This document shows, one piece after another, positions 11,909 through 24,420 of a DNA stretch of 60,886 nucleotides. How positions within the stretch are numbered: position 1 is the stretch's first letter; every line of letters begins with the position of its first letter. The position numbers were made by a program, and so were the translations under genes. The DNA is taken from positions 1 to 60,886 of the forward strand of contig MU271460.1 of assembly GCA_021432655.1 (NCBI GenBank), given 5' to 3'. Under the pieces are notes generated by a model that was not told the origin of the DNA, did not search any database, and saw only the letters and a list, made by a program, of their open reading frames with translations. The DNA comes from Atractiella rhizophila. Its lineage: Eukaryota.

Positions 11909-13261
11909 ATGCCAACCGCGGTGTGCCTTGTTCCTGGCAAGTTACCATGTACCAACAGCCCGTTGGCTAACCTTTGTCGCGGTGCAGAATCCTTTGAAGA
12001 TAGTTCTTCAACATCTTCTCAATTTCTGAGGCTGCCACATCCACGCACAGGCACGTTCTATCTCCACCAACTTGAAAGTTGAATTCGCTGATATATGGAA
12101 CAGGGGAACGTGTCCTGTTCCTCCCTCATCGCTCTTCCCCTTCCTCCTCATCTACTCATCAAGAAGTCGATGGGCTACTTGAACTCCAAGCGGTGACACC
12201 ACCCTCTCACGCATCGCGCTCGTACTTCGTCGGCAATCGAGCAATCGCGGACGGCCGCCTCTTCGTCCTCTCCAAATTCGACCCTCTCTTCCTCGCCATC
12301 CCAATACTACTCTCACTTTCGGCCAACAATTCCGCCTCTTCCAAAGAGCCCCTGAGTGTTGGCGAACCGCAAGACTTGGAGACGATATTGAAAGGCGCGG
12401 CGGCAGGAGCGCTTGAACGCTTTTATGGGACGAAATATGAACTTGCAGGTGGACAAGAGGATGATTTACTGAGGTTGGAGAAGGTGGAATGCTTTGTGAA
12501 ACGCATGGATGAGATATGCGAAGTTGAAAGTACGTTTTTCGCCGCGTCTCTCTTATACAGTCTAATGTTGTTGACGCTATGCGTAAAAGCAGCGACTCCG
12601 CAAAAACGATATCTTCTGTCGCTGCCTCGGTTGACACAGAAATTGCAGAGCCGGATAGAGAAAATACAAACCGAAATCTTCAGGACTTCTGCCGCACCTT
12701 CCACATCGGTGGACGCCAGTGGAAGTGCTCCTGAAGGAGGTACATCTAAGCTTCCTGAAGTTCCAGCGTATCCCAGCATTATCAAGCAGCTAGTGAGGGA
12801 AGGACTATGGGGAGAAGCTGCGCGAGAGCTTTCATCAGATGTTCTACTACGTACGTCCTTCTCTTGTTCCCTTATGCTTGCTAATCAAGTGTAAAGAGGC
12901 TCGCCAACAAGCCGCGCTCGAGACACTCTCCAACTATCTGCCTCCCACTTTAACACACCATCTCAGTACAACCGTTTACGATGCCTTCCCAGCTCTCCAG
13001 GCTCACGCTTCAAAGATGAAGATAGTGGAGTCGCTCTCAGCATCAAACATTAGCCTTCCAACACCACCACTCAGTGCAACCACGTCTACCACATCAGTCG
13101 GTGGCGAGGAAAAGAAGAAGAAAGCCAAAGGCGCAAGAGGGGTTGAGACGCTGAAGAAGGTCGATACGAAGGGGATGAAAAGGCTGGATAGTTTCTTTGC
13201 TGCGAAACCGAAGCCTATAGATACGGAAACGGAAGAGAAGGATGGCGCACAGGCAGAGTAG
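11909..13261 (+). CDS. RNH202: Ribonuclease H2 subunit B
   Basis: Spliced: MPTAVCLVP/ESFEDSSSTSSQFLRLPHPRT/GERVLFLP...LLELQAV...RSYFVGNRAIADGRLFVLSKFDPLFLAIP...; C-terminal RGVETLKKVDTKGMKRLDSFF (PIP-box-like). The first two introns are GC-AG. Confidence 0.9.
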
Positions 13262-13398
13262 GAAGTGCTGTTGTAAATTATTTTCGGATATTTGATGTGT
13301 CTCTTAACTTCAAGTCAGTGGCGAATATGTGCATCGATTGAACATTTCGGAACGTATTTCGTATGTTCGTAACAAATAAATCGAAAGACCTCTCCCCC

Positions 13399-15911
13399 TC
13401 AAATCATGTACCTCCAACCTTTCCTCGCTGCCAGAGCATCCGCAACCGGGATGCCTTCGAGTCTGATCATCGCCATCCACGATTAGGACTTCAAAAAACG
13501 ATAAGGAAAGGACGCACTTGGCGGCTGCCACAACTCCATCCTGGTGTACCTCTGATCCCAGTCCACCATCCAACTTTCTGTTCAGGCGCTTGAGCTCGAG
13601 GCGGAAGAGGAAGCTGCCGATACTACACGATGACAGTCAGACGGATGTCGAGCGTAGCGAGCGGCTGAGAAAGAGCATACATGGCGAATCCGAAACAGCT
13701 GATGCAGATTCCGAAAGAGTTCTCGTACGAGAATCCCCACTTAGCAGGCCAGCAGTACGATCCAGCTGAAAATGCAATGCCACGAGAGCATGAGTACACG
13801 TCGCAAAATTGAGTAGGAGGAAGACGCACCAATGTTTCCGAGCTGCGAGAAGGCGTTGATGAAAGCCAAAGCGACGGCTCGCTTGGTTGTTGGACGAGCA
13901 ATGGTCGATGAACACCATGAGTAAAAGACGATGAATCCGGCGTAGGATTGGGCGAGGAGGAAGAGAGCAAAGTATCGCGGGCCAACGCTGTGGGTTGCTG
14001 GGGACAAACGAGTCAGATATCACGGTCAACAGAGACTATGTGACACTCACTCATGGCGATGATACATCCAATAATACCTGGAGGCAGCTAGTTAGCCTTA
14101 CCAGGGGAGAAAGAATCCACCACGAACCAACGATGAGTGGCCCAATGATGTGGAAGAACTTCTCTCCCGTGCGATCTGAATGCCTGTGTCCTGATCAGAA
14201 TGGAGTAAGTAGTAGAAGCATATGCGAACCAAGCATTGATGAAGGACTGGACACAGATCAGTTCACCGCATCTAAAGGAGAGACACCAGACGTACGACAA
14301 TGGCAGAAAAGACCCATGGCGGAGCACAAAGCAGCAAGCTGACCCCACGTTGAACAATGACGCCTCCTCTAAATAACAAACCTACGTGATATTGCGGCTA
14401 TAGCCCAAGGTAGCTGTCAAAGTAGGGAAGAAAGCGTCTATCAGGGTTGCGAAGTTAATTTCCCTCCCCATTCTATGAGTGTTAACACTCACTGAAACTG
14501 AGTCCCACGACCTGAGCAGTCAAGAGGAAAGCGAGGATGTGAACCTTGTAATCGCTCATTCCCATCTTGAATCCCTTCCACATCGATCCAGCGGCCACAT
14601 CTCGATCCGCCTCTCCAGCGTCTTCTGCAACTCGCAATTGAGCCAGGAGGCGTTCCTGAGGCGTCAACCAACTCGTGGTTTCTGGGAAGTCGGGGAGGAT
14701 GAAAGCGCTGATAATGGCCACGAAGACGGTGATGGCACCTACCGCTTTCATCAGCTCTGGACCAGTATCGAGGAAGGAAGCGCACCTTCGATGTAGAAGA
14801 GCCAGCGCCAGGCTTCGTGTCCTAATACTCCTTCCATGTTGGACAAAATACCGCTAGCAATGAGTCCGTTGACGGCTATGGAGAAAGTTTTAGAGAGTCG
14901 TTTCATGAAACAACTGAAGCAATTCACCATTCGAGGTCAAGTTACCCTTTTCCCCCTCATCAGCATCTCGGTTCTGCATAAAATCAAGGAATAAGAACCG
15001 TGTAGAGGATGGCCGTTCGCAATGCCAGTTCCTTCTTTGTGTACCATTTGGAGAGGAGGAAGAGAGCTCCAGGAAAGAATGCAGCCTGACATAAATCCAA
15101 TCAGTGGGGGTTGCGGAACGTTGTCAAGAGGTGGACGCACCTCCACGAAACCAAGGAAGAATCGCGTGAGGACAGCACCCTTGTAGTCGTTTACGATACC
15201 GGTCAAACAGCTGATTACTCCCCAGCCGATCATGGCCCTAAAATACGGAATTATGAGGTGACACACGAGAAAGAGACTTGACTTACGCTGGAAGATAGAG
15301 GGATGGCTTTCCAATCTTGTTCAAAAACAAGTCTGCACGCGATATATCAATTTGAACAGTGCAGAGATGAACGCGACTAACTGGACGGAACCTGCATGAG
15401 GATGTAACCTGTCACCAAGGTCAGAGCAACTCTTTGGGTTCAGATAAGAAACAAACGTACCGACATAAAGAATGGACAATATGGTTTGATATTGTGTATC
15501 GTTCAAGTGAAGGGTTTGTTCAAAACCTCGAAGACGCGCTGCTCTGTAATGCAAATGGAAGTCAGCCCCTTGTTCTAGTAAACCTTGAGGAGGACTGACG
15601 AGACGTTGTTACGATCCATGTAATCTGCGCTCACAACTTGTCAGCTGCCAGTTTCATATTTCAAGGTGGCACTGACTGAGAATATAGATCAAAATCAGTG
15701 GGCTCATCCTTACGTCCACCTTCCACAGCAACTTCTTCTCCAGAATAAGCCTTTCTTCAGGGCTGAGCGCCTTGATCGCCCTGATTCCTTCAGCGTCATC
15801 GAAACCTTCGTAGTCCTTCTCTCGCTCCTCCAAGCGGTCGGTTTTGCCGCCCTTCAAGTCCTCAGACGACTTCTGAGACGAAAGCGAAGGCTGCTTCTTC
15901 AAGTCTGACAT
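13399..15911 (-). CDS. MFS transporter, anion:cation symporter (Dal5/Tna1-like) family
   Basis: EKKLLWKVDVRM, YMDRNNV, RFFLGFVEA, WRWLFYIEG, ILPDFPETTSWLT, SDRTGEKFFH, KRAVALAFINAFSQLGN and end KGWRYMI*; many short exons. Confidence 0.92.
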
Positions 15912-16574
15912 CTCTTTTCGTCGAAAAACGTTAAGTTAGGTCTGTGCGAAGCAATGCAAAGCACGAAGAAAAAAAAGGGCGAGTTTATCGACGTCGAGCT
16001 TTTATATTCCTCGCTGCATTGAATGGCTCCCCATGGCACCTGACGTAGCATCCGGCACCCTTTTCGTTAGCGTTCAATTCATTTGGTCCACTCTCTTCCA
16101 TGCTTCATCTTTTTTGCACTTCCGAGGCTGCTCAAGCGCTCCCAAGCCGATTTTGCAAATGCATTATCCTTTGAAATTACTGAGAAAACCTTGTCAGGAC
16201 AATATTCGTGGGGAAGTGGAGGTGGAGGCTGACAATCAATGACAATTAGAAAGAAGTAAGAATTCATCAACTCTTCAACCGTCATCTATTTTTGCATCAC
16301 GTGTAGCTGTCATCATCAACCCCTCAAGGACCGCTTTCAGGGGCGAAGCAAAAAGAACGCGCCAAAGAGCGCGCAAGGTGACATAAAGCGGAAGCGGAGG
16401 CAAGAAGTGAGTCACCTTCGTAACCTAGCACCTATAAAAGACCTTCGTGCCACTTTCACCCGCTGCTTCCCTTTCCTCTCAGACAGAAACCACGCCCTTT
16501 TCAGCCCCTCCCAACCCCCAAGAAATCAATAGGAAAACGTCAACAATCTAATAAATCGAGTCTAATAGTACACC

Positions 16575-17882
<1,308 letters not shown>

Positions 17883-18281
17883 GACCCTTTCCCTTCATCC
17901 CTTGCACATCCACACATCAGGTCCGGTCCTCATCCTACATCAACGGTTCAATCTCTCTCTCGTCAACGGCTCCGATCCAATCTCCAGCGTTCTTTGGTCT
18001 CCTGGTCTGATGGCATCTTTATTCTTCCTCACTTGCTCGGAATCTCATGCTCTCTCGACGCGATCCTCGTACGTGGAACTTCGTTGTCCGTTATCGTCTG
18101 CTCGTCTTTTCGCTCGCACGCTTGACGACTTTGAAGGGAGGGTGGCTTTGAGATGAGCGTTCTCTATGGTTCCTGTTCTCCATGTAGCTATGCAGTTTCA
18201 CACGGTATGAAATATTGATCCTGTCTATCATTTCATCGTACACTCTTCCCCACTCTCGATTTGATAAACATACATCGATCC

Positions 18282-18745
18282 TCAGTCGCAGACCAGTTCT
18301 TCTTCCTCTATCAACTGCGCCAACCAACTCCAAAACCTCCCCCCTGGAAACCCAACCACGTTCCAATAATCCCCTTCGATGCGATCAATGAGTATCCCTC
18401 CCTTGCCTACATCCACAATCAATAATTCAATCCGTCTGGTATTTAACACAGTGGCAGGGACGGACAGACCCTGAATGGCAAACCCTCCAGCGCGGTCCAC
18501 ACCTTCTCCATCTGCAGCATATGCTTCGAGGAGGGAAAGAGGATTCTGCAAAAAGTGTACGGCGGTTTGAGAGGTCAAGGAATGCAACTTATAACCTGGA
18601 GTTTCAAGGATCGGGGATACTAAACCAACCAACGACCCACCACCAACGTCAGCATCCATTGAGATCAACACTGTCGGAGAAGCGGGAGGGAGGAGAGGAG
18701 GACAGACTGAGTGTCACTGCTGTGATGACGGAACGTCCTTCTCTG
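18282..18745 (-). CDS. Maf-like nucleoside triphosphate pyrophosphatase, C-terminal half only
   Basis: SVITAVTL, PILETPGYKLHS, LLEAYAADGEGVDRAGGFAIQG and ILIDRIEGDYWNVVGFP are present. The N-terminal Maf motifs are not visible before the assembly gap. Confidence 0.8.
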
Positions 18746-18944
18746 CGGTCTATTGGGTGGACTATAACACTATTCACCATCCGACCAGGATGGAGGAGGC
18801 CCTGAACAAGAGTGCTACTAACCAGGTAACTACTAGATAGATCGCCTATGGTATCATCACAGAGGACTTCCGCTATAAGGACCTTTTTGGACCTGTCGTT
18901 TCCTCACGGACTTGTACAATGAACTAGACTTGCCGGTTTTCACG

Positions 18945-19426
18945 NNNNNNNNNNNNNNNNNNNNNNNNNNNNNNNNNNNNNNNNNNNNNNNNNNNNNNNN
19001 NNNNNNNNNNNNNNNNNNNNNNNNNNNNNNNNNNNNNNNNNNNNNNNNNNNNNNNNNNNNNNNNNNNNNNNNNNNNNNNNNNNNNNNNNNNNNNNNNNNN
19101 NNNNNNNNNNNNNNNNNNNNNNNNNNNNNNNNNNNNNNNNNNNNNNNNNNNNNNNNNNNNNNNNNNNNNNNNNNNNNNNNNNNNNNNNNNNNNNNNNNNN
19201 NNNNNNNNNNNNNNNNNNNNNNNNNNNNNNNNNNNNNNNNNNNNNNNNNNNNNNNNNNNNNNNNNNNNNNNNNNNNNNNNNNNNNNNNNNNNNNNNNNNN
19301 NNNNNNNNNNNNNNNNNNNNNNNNNNNNNNNNNNNNNNNNNNNNNNNNNNNNNNNNNNNNNNNNNNNNNNNNNNNNNNNNNNNNNNNNNNNNNNNNNNNN
19401 NNNNNNNNNNNNNNNNNNNNNNNNNN
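18945..19426. other. Assembly gap (482 N)
   Basis: Run of N. Confidence 1.
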
Positions 19427-19702
19427 GTGTGGTGAGCCCTTCCGAGTTGACAAAGCTTCAAATGGAAGATGTTCAGTGATCGAGGTTGGCTTTGATGTGA
19501 CTCATTACCACCAACGATCAAGAACGGTGAGCTGGATAAAAATATTTGATGTTACCCTGGGGTTGTGTGGTATATTAAGAGGTTTCATGCAGATAGTCGC
19601 GTGCGTATTTTCTATGGTACGTTCGTTGTACCCCTTCAACCTGTCTTTAACAGCATGCTGAATGGACAACAAAAATTTCTGTCCATTTCTCAGCTACAAA
19701 AA

Positions 19703-20986
19703 TCAGTATTTCACAACGTTCGTTCTACCGTACAAGTTCGTCCTGGGGCACAAAACAACACGTATACTGTCATCTCCTTTCGATTTCGTCTCCATTACTG
19801 TGGTATTCGAGAACGCTCTCAAGAGTGTTATGCCTTGAGCATATTGGTTCTTCTCTATTCTTACTTCGATCCTCTCCAGAGTCTGCAACCGTCTCCTTCG
19901 TCTCATATACATTAACCATCGGCGAAATGACTTCCAATCCTTCTTCATTTCCAGAAACGTATCCATTCCCACCTCAAGTGACCATGGGTGGCTGGACATT
20001 CGCAAACATAGCCACTGTGATTCCCAGCATATGTGGAGCCAACGTCAATATGTCCAGTCGGACTTGTTCTAAGCTTTCCATGACCGGTGGAGAGCAAAGT
20101 GGCACCATTCCCCATCGACTGAAGTGTCCTGAGAGCTGGAGGGAGCGGAGGGAAGTAGAGTAGCGACGGAGGAGAGAAATGAGGGTGGTGTCTATGATTT
20201 GAGAACACGGGAGGTCGATGTTAAGATGGGCCACATTGCGTGGGAAGAGACAGGCGAGATTAGCGAGACTCCAAAAGATGTCTTGCTGGGGCTCCTCGTT
20301 GGGTTCAGTCGTCAAACTGCTGGCTTTAAGACACATGGCGAGCGTCAAAGTGGTTTCGCAGTCGCACGCCTTGATGTCCGAAATGGAAGTGCAGCGCATC
20401 CTTGAATTTTGAAGGACAAGGGCTGGAAAGGCTTCCTTCTTGACATATTGCCACTGAATCGTCCCACGGTGCCCAACCTTTACTGTGAGACGCATTGTCC
20501 TCAAATTCTCAGCGGGGCAATGAAGGATTCCTAAAACCTTCTTGACAAGTTCGCAACTTGCACAATTTGCGCCACTCTCAAAGCTATCGCAGCCCAGTAA
20601 CTCATAGATCCCTGCTTGGTGTAACTCGAGCTCCACGAAGCTGACGAACTTTGAGCAGTTGAGGGTGAAGGAAGATGGTATGCTGGAACTGACATAACGT
20701 ATTAGTCTTCGACGCCCACTCTGATGTTCAGGGATGTGGAGCGAAACCTTTCGGAACAGCAGTGGTGCCACGATCGCGCGAATTTGTCGGCAGGTCAGGC
20801 TAAGTGGAAGGAGAATAGGGTATCGTGCATCTTCTGCTCGCGTCAGTGGCTCAATAAGGTGATCTACTATTTTGTTCTGTAGCTCGAGAGGGAGAGAGAG
20901 GAAGGCGAAGTGCTGCTGAACCTGTCGTTTTGTTTTATCTGTTTTCCTTCGGAAAGAGTGGAGTTCTCACAATGGCTTGAATACAT
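19703..20986 (-). CDS. F-box-like protein (paralog 1); 5' end uncertain and an apparent frame break at about 19975
   Basis: HFAFLSLPLELQNKIVDHL...LLPLSLTCRQIRAIVAPLLFRKVSL is an F-box-like N-terminus followed by degenerate LRR-like segments. Coding appears to continue in the +1 frame (ORF 19703-20005). Confidence 0.6.
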
Positions 20987-21356
20987 GCTGCACTTTCGAG
21001 AGAACACGATAAAGTCGAAACTTTGCGATAATTCCTCCATTTAGACTTGAAGCTTCCCCAGAGACGGCTCTTCACATTGATCATGATCAGTCGTTCATTG
21101 GCGTTTGGAGCAAATTGAAGGTATCTCGCCTTTTAAGTCAAGTGGACAAGGGCTCTATTTCCCTTGTACTCCATTTCTTTGTTAGACGTCTGTTTGCCAA
21201 GACAGCAGCAATCCTTACAAGGGTTATGGTCATCGCCTCGTGCATCCGAAACTTTGTGGTAATTTGAGCCAAGTGTGATCTTCATTTGAGGTAAGGTATA
21301 CTCAATAGGCCTAGGTGGACTGTTTCTTTCTTTAAGCATATAAAGCTTTAGCTATT

Positions 21357-22626
21357 TTACACGGCAAAGAACTGTACGCCTCCCTGCTCAAGTTCATAAA
21401 GCGCAGACATAACCTCTCCATCAAATCTCTGTTCTAAATCGATGTCCCAGTTTACTCCTTCTCGACTTTGCAAATTGATAACCGCCAGTTGTTTCAGTTT
21501 CTCAAGCCTTCTGAGGGCACAAATGCGCTCAAACCACATCTTAGCCATGCCACGAGGGGTGAAGAGGTCAGTTGAGAATTCAATAGTGTGCATCGGTGCC
21601 TTCTCAAAGAGAGAAAGGGTCCATATCACATCTTTGCCAGCCTGGAGGCGAAAGTTGTTGAAAGTGACGGTTTGCAGATTTGATGTCTGCAGAATCGGCA
21701 GCATGGTTTGATCCCTCCTCCAGATGAGGTCGCATTCGAGATAGAGAGCGAACAAGGTCTTTTTGAGTTGCCGAAGACAAGTGAAAAGCGCTCCCCCCTC
21801 TATTGTGGCTTGAGGGAACTTGAGGACAAGTTGTTGCAGATTCATGGGGGTTGTCCACCTCGTCACGAACCTTCGAAAATTAAATCGCACTCTTCCGTTT
21901 GAAGGCTTGCCCAGTGTTAGAGATGTGAGGTTGCGCATGTACCCAATCCAAAAGGAGAGGGGAATGCAGGTTTCGTCATCCAGTGACAGTTCGAGCGATG
22001 TAATGTGAAAGTAACCTTCCCATGGGATCAGATGAACGGGCTCCTCTTCAGGGTTCAGAGCGAGTGAAAGAAAGCCTGACGTATATATGACTTGAGGAAA
22101 TTCCTTTGAGATGAGGTGGAACGGTTTGTCCGAAGGAAGGAGCTCGAATGCGACCTGTCGAATATTCTTTCCCTCGAGATCAAGAGGAAGCCTCAGCTCT
22201 TCCAACAAATGGTTGATTTCGACAAAATCCCCGTCGGTGTCATGGAAAAGTTGACGTCGCACATCAAAAAAGAAGTCCGCTGGAAGCATTATGTGAACAT
22301 TCCGGATGTTGCCTCTATATCTAACTGGAAAAGTGTCAAATGATTCCGTCAGACGCCTCAACAGAAGGGAACGGTCCTGCCCTTGTACAGAGGGAATTGT
22401 GAGGCGAAGGTGGCAAAAAATGAAAGGGGCCACAAGTTGGCGACATCGAACCGATACGAGGCTGAAAGCTAGCAAGCCTGTGTGCGCGCAACCTGCCTCC
22501 ACAAATTCGAATATCCGATAAAGAAGCTCTTTAGGTAACCGAAAGATCTGCTGTCCTTACGTTTCAACGATTAGTTTAGAATTGAAGGAAGACGGACCGG
22601 CGTCTTTTCACCTTTGTTGATTCCAT
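21357..22626 (-). CDS. F-box-like/LRR protein (paralog 2)
   Basis: MEST.../QQIFRLPKELLYRIFEFV...LLAFSLVSVRCRQLVAPFIFCHLRL, then LRR-like segments (ITSLELSL, NLTSLTL, NLQQLVL); 381-aa main ORF. Confidence 0.7.
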
Positions 22627-23002
22627 CTGATAATTGGGACCAAGGGTGCTGCTTGACCGAGAGACCCATGTCTATCTAGAGTATTACCCAGAGGCATTCC
22701 GATATACGTAGGTTGACTTGTATATTTATCGCGCTTTATGGCGATAACAAGGTGACTGGGAAGAATGACCGCTTGTTACCTTGTTTTCTGGTACTCATGA
22801 TACGTTCATGTCGTTTTTTTTCGAATGAATCTTTGTCCAGAAACTTCAGCACTCAATTTACGACCGTTTCAGCACACTTTGACGTAATGCAAGGGGAACC
22901 TAAAAGCCATTGCGAACTTGTAAGCGGAACCGGAGGGGAACAAGGAGAACAAAGAAGTGGTAATGTTTAGTCCTCGATTAGGTTTGTGTGATAATAAGCA
23001 AA

Positions 23003-24112
23003 ATGCGGGCGACCTCACTTCTTCGTCGCTGGCACCAGACAGTGCTTCCAAATCGCTCGTTCTTACGCATTCAAGGTCCAGATTCTGGCATCTTTCTACA
23101 GGGGCTCGTGACGAATTCTCTGTCTCCGCTTTCCCACTCCAAATCGTCGTTGTACTCCGCAATCCTCAACTCGACAGGACGCGTCCTTTTCGACGTATTC
23201 TTCTATCCAATCACACCTTCCGAGACTCCCATTCGCTCGGTTAAAAAACCAACAAATGCACCTACAAAGGGCAAAAACGTCGAGGAGGAGGAGCTGCCCA
23301 TGGATTACATAATGGAGTTTGAGGGCGGGATGAAGCAAGAGCTATTGGACTTTCTGGGGACTTATGTGCTAAGAAGTCGTGTGCGTTATCGAATCGAATC
23401 GAATCTGGAGTGTCGGGTCGTGTGGAACTCGTCTCCGTCTGTGCCGTCACAAGCTCTGTCTCTCCCAGAAGACTACCAACCAGACCCTCGCCTGCCCTCT
23501 CTTGGATTTCGAACTTGCGTCCCTTCTTCCGCTCCTTCCCTTCCCGACGATGAATTCATGCACTCAAGTCCACTAGCGTACTCGCTGCACCGCATCCTAA
23601 ATGGCGTCCCTGAAGGTCCTCACGAGCTGCAACCAGGTGTCGCTCTCCCCCTCGAAGCAGGTCTCGGGGACCTTCACGGAGTAGACTACAAGAAAGGTTG
23701 CTACGTAGGACAGGAGCTCACAGCTCGAACACACTACCGCGGACTTGTCCGAAAGCGATTCGCTCCTGTACGAATATGGAAAGAAGGCGACGTCGAATCG
23801 TCGTCCTTGTTGGAGAAGGAGGAGGAGTGGGAGGCTGAAGGGGAGGTAGAGTCGCTGAGACACCTCAACTTAACTCCTCTGGTGTCGAGTGTGAAGAGCC
23901 CGCGACCCAGTGGGCGGCTGTTGAGCGTTCTCAATGCAAGGAGAGGGGATGAAAAAGCGCTTGTTGGGCTTGCACTCGTGAGGACGGATGATGAGAGAAA
24001 AGGGGACGGTGTAGTTGCTGCCGTCAGAGGAGAAGAGGGAAATGTCAACTGGATGGTCAAGAGCTGGAGACGGAGTTGGTGGAAAGATGGGACAGATGAG
24101 CCCAATGATTGA
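23003..24112 (+). CDS. IBA57: Mitochondrial Fe-S assembly factor IBA57/CAF17 (GcvT/YgfZ family), intronless
   Basis: Arg-rich presequence MRATSLLRRW, GPDSGIFLQGLVTN, LNSTGRVLFD, YVLRSRV and KGCYVGQELTARTHYRGLVRKR signature. Confidence 0.95.
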   Translation: MRATSLLRRWHQTVLPNRSFLRIQGPDSGIFLQGLVTNSLSPLSHSKSSLYSAILNSTGRVLFDVFFYPITPSETPIRSVKKPTNAPTKGKNVEEEELPMDYIMEFEGGMKQELLDFLGTYVLRSRVRYRIESNLECRVVWNSSPSVPSQALSLPEDYQPDPRLPSLGFRTCVPSSAPSLPDDEFMHSSPLAYSLHRILNGVPEGPHELQPGVALPLEAGLGDLHGVDYKKGCYVGQELTARTHYRGLVRKRFAPVRIWKEGDVESSSLLEKEEEWEAEGEVESLRHLNLTPLVSSVKSPRPSGRLLSVLNARRGDEKALVGLALVRTDDERKGDGVVAAVRGEEGNVNWMVKSWRRSWWKDGTDEPND

Positions 24113-24420
24113 GGTACGCTGTCACCCTTACTTTTCAACTGCATGGCTGAACCATCGGTTCACACACCAGTTTACCACAGACTAGTAGTATAGATGTTGG
24201 CTTTTCGCCGCTCACTCACCTCACTGCTCACATTTAAATATTTGGAGATGCTTCGTTGTTTCATGCAATTGTACAAATCAATGAGATGGCGGTACCGTGA
24301 CAGGTACCTTTCGATGAATTCAGTCGTTTTATTGATGATGGCACATACATCTTGTTCTTCCGAGACATTTACAAGCCAAACCTCTCCATTCCAAGTTTTG
24401 CCCTGATTTTAAGCGGGCTT

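Noticed and set aside
18857..19661. ORFs of 193-249 aa spanning the N run
   Set aside because: Artefacts of translating N as X.
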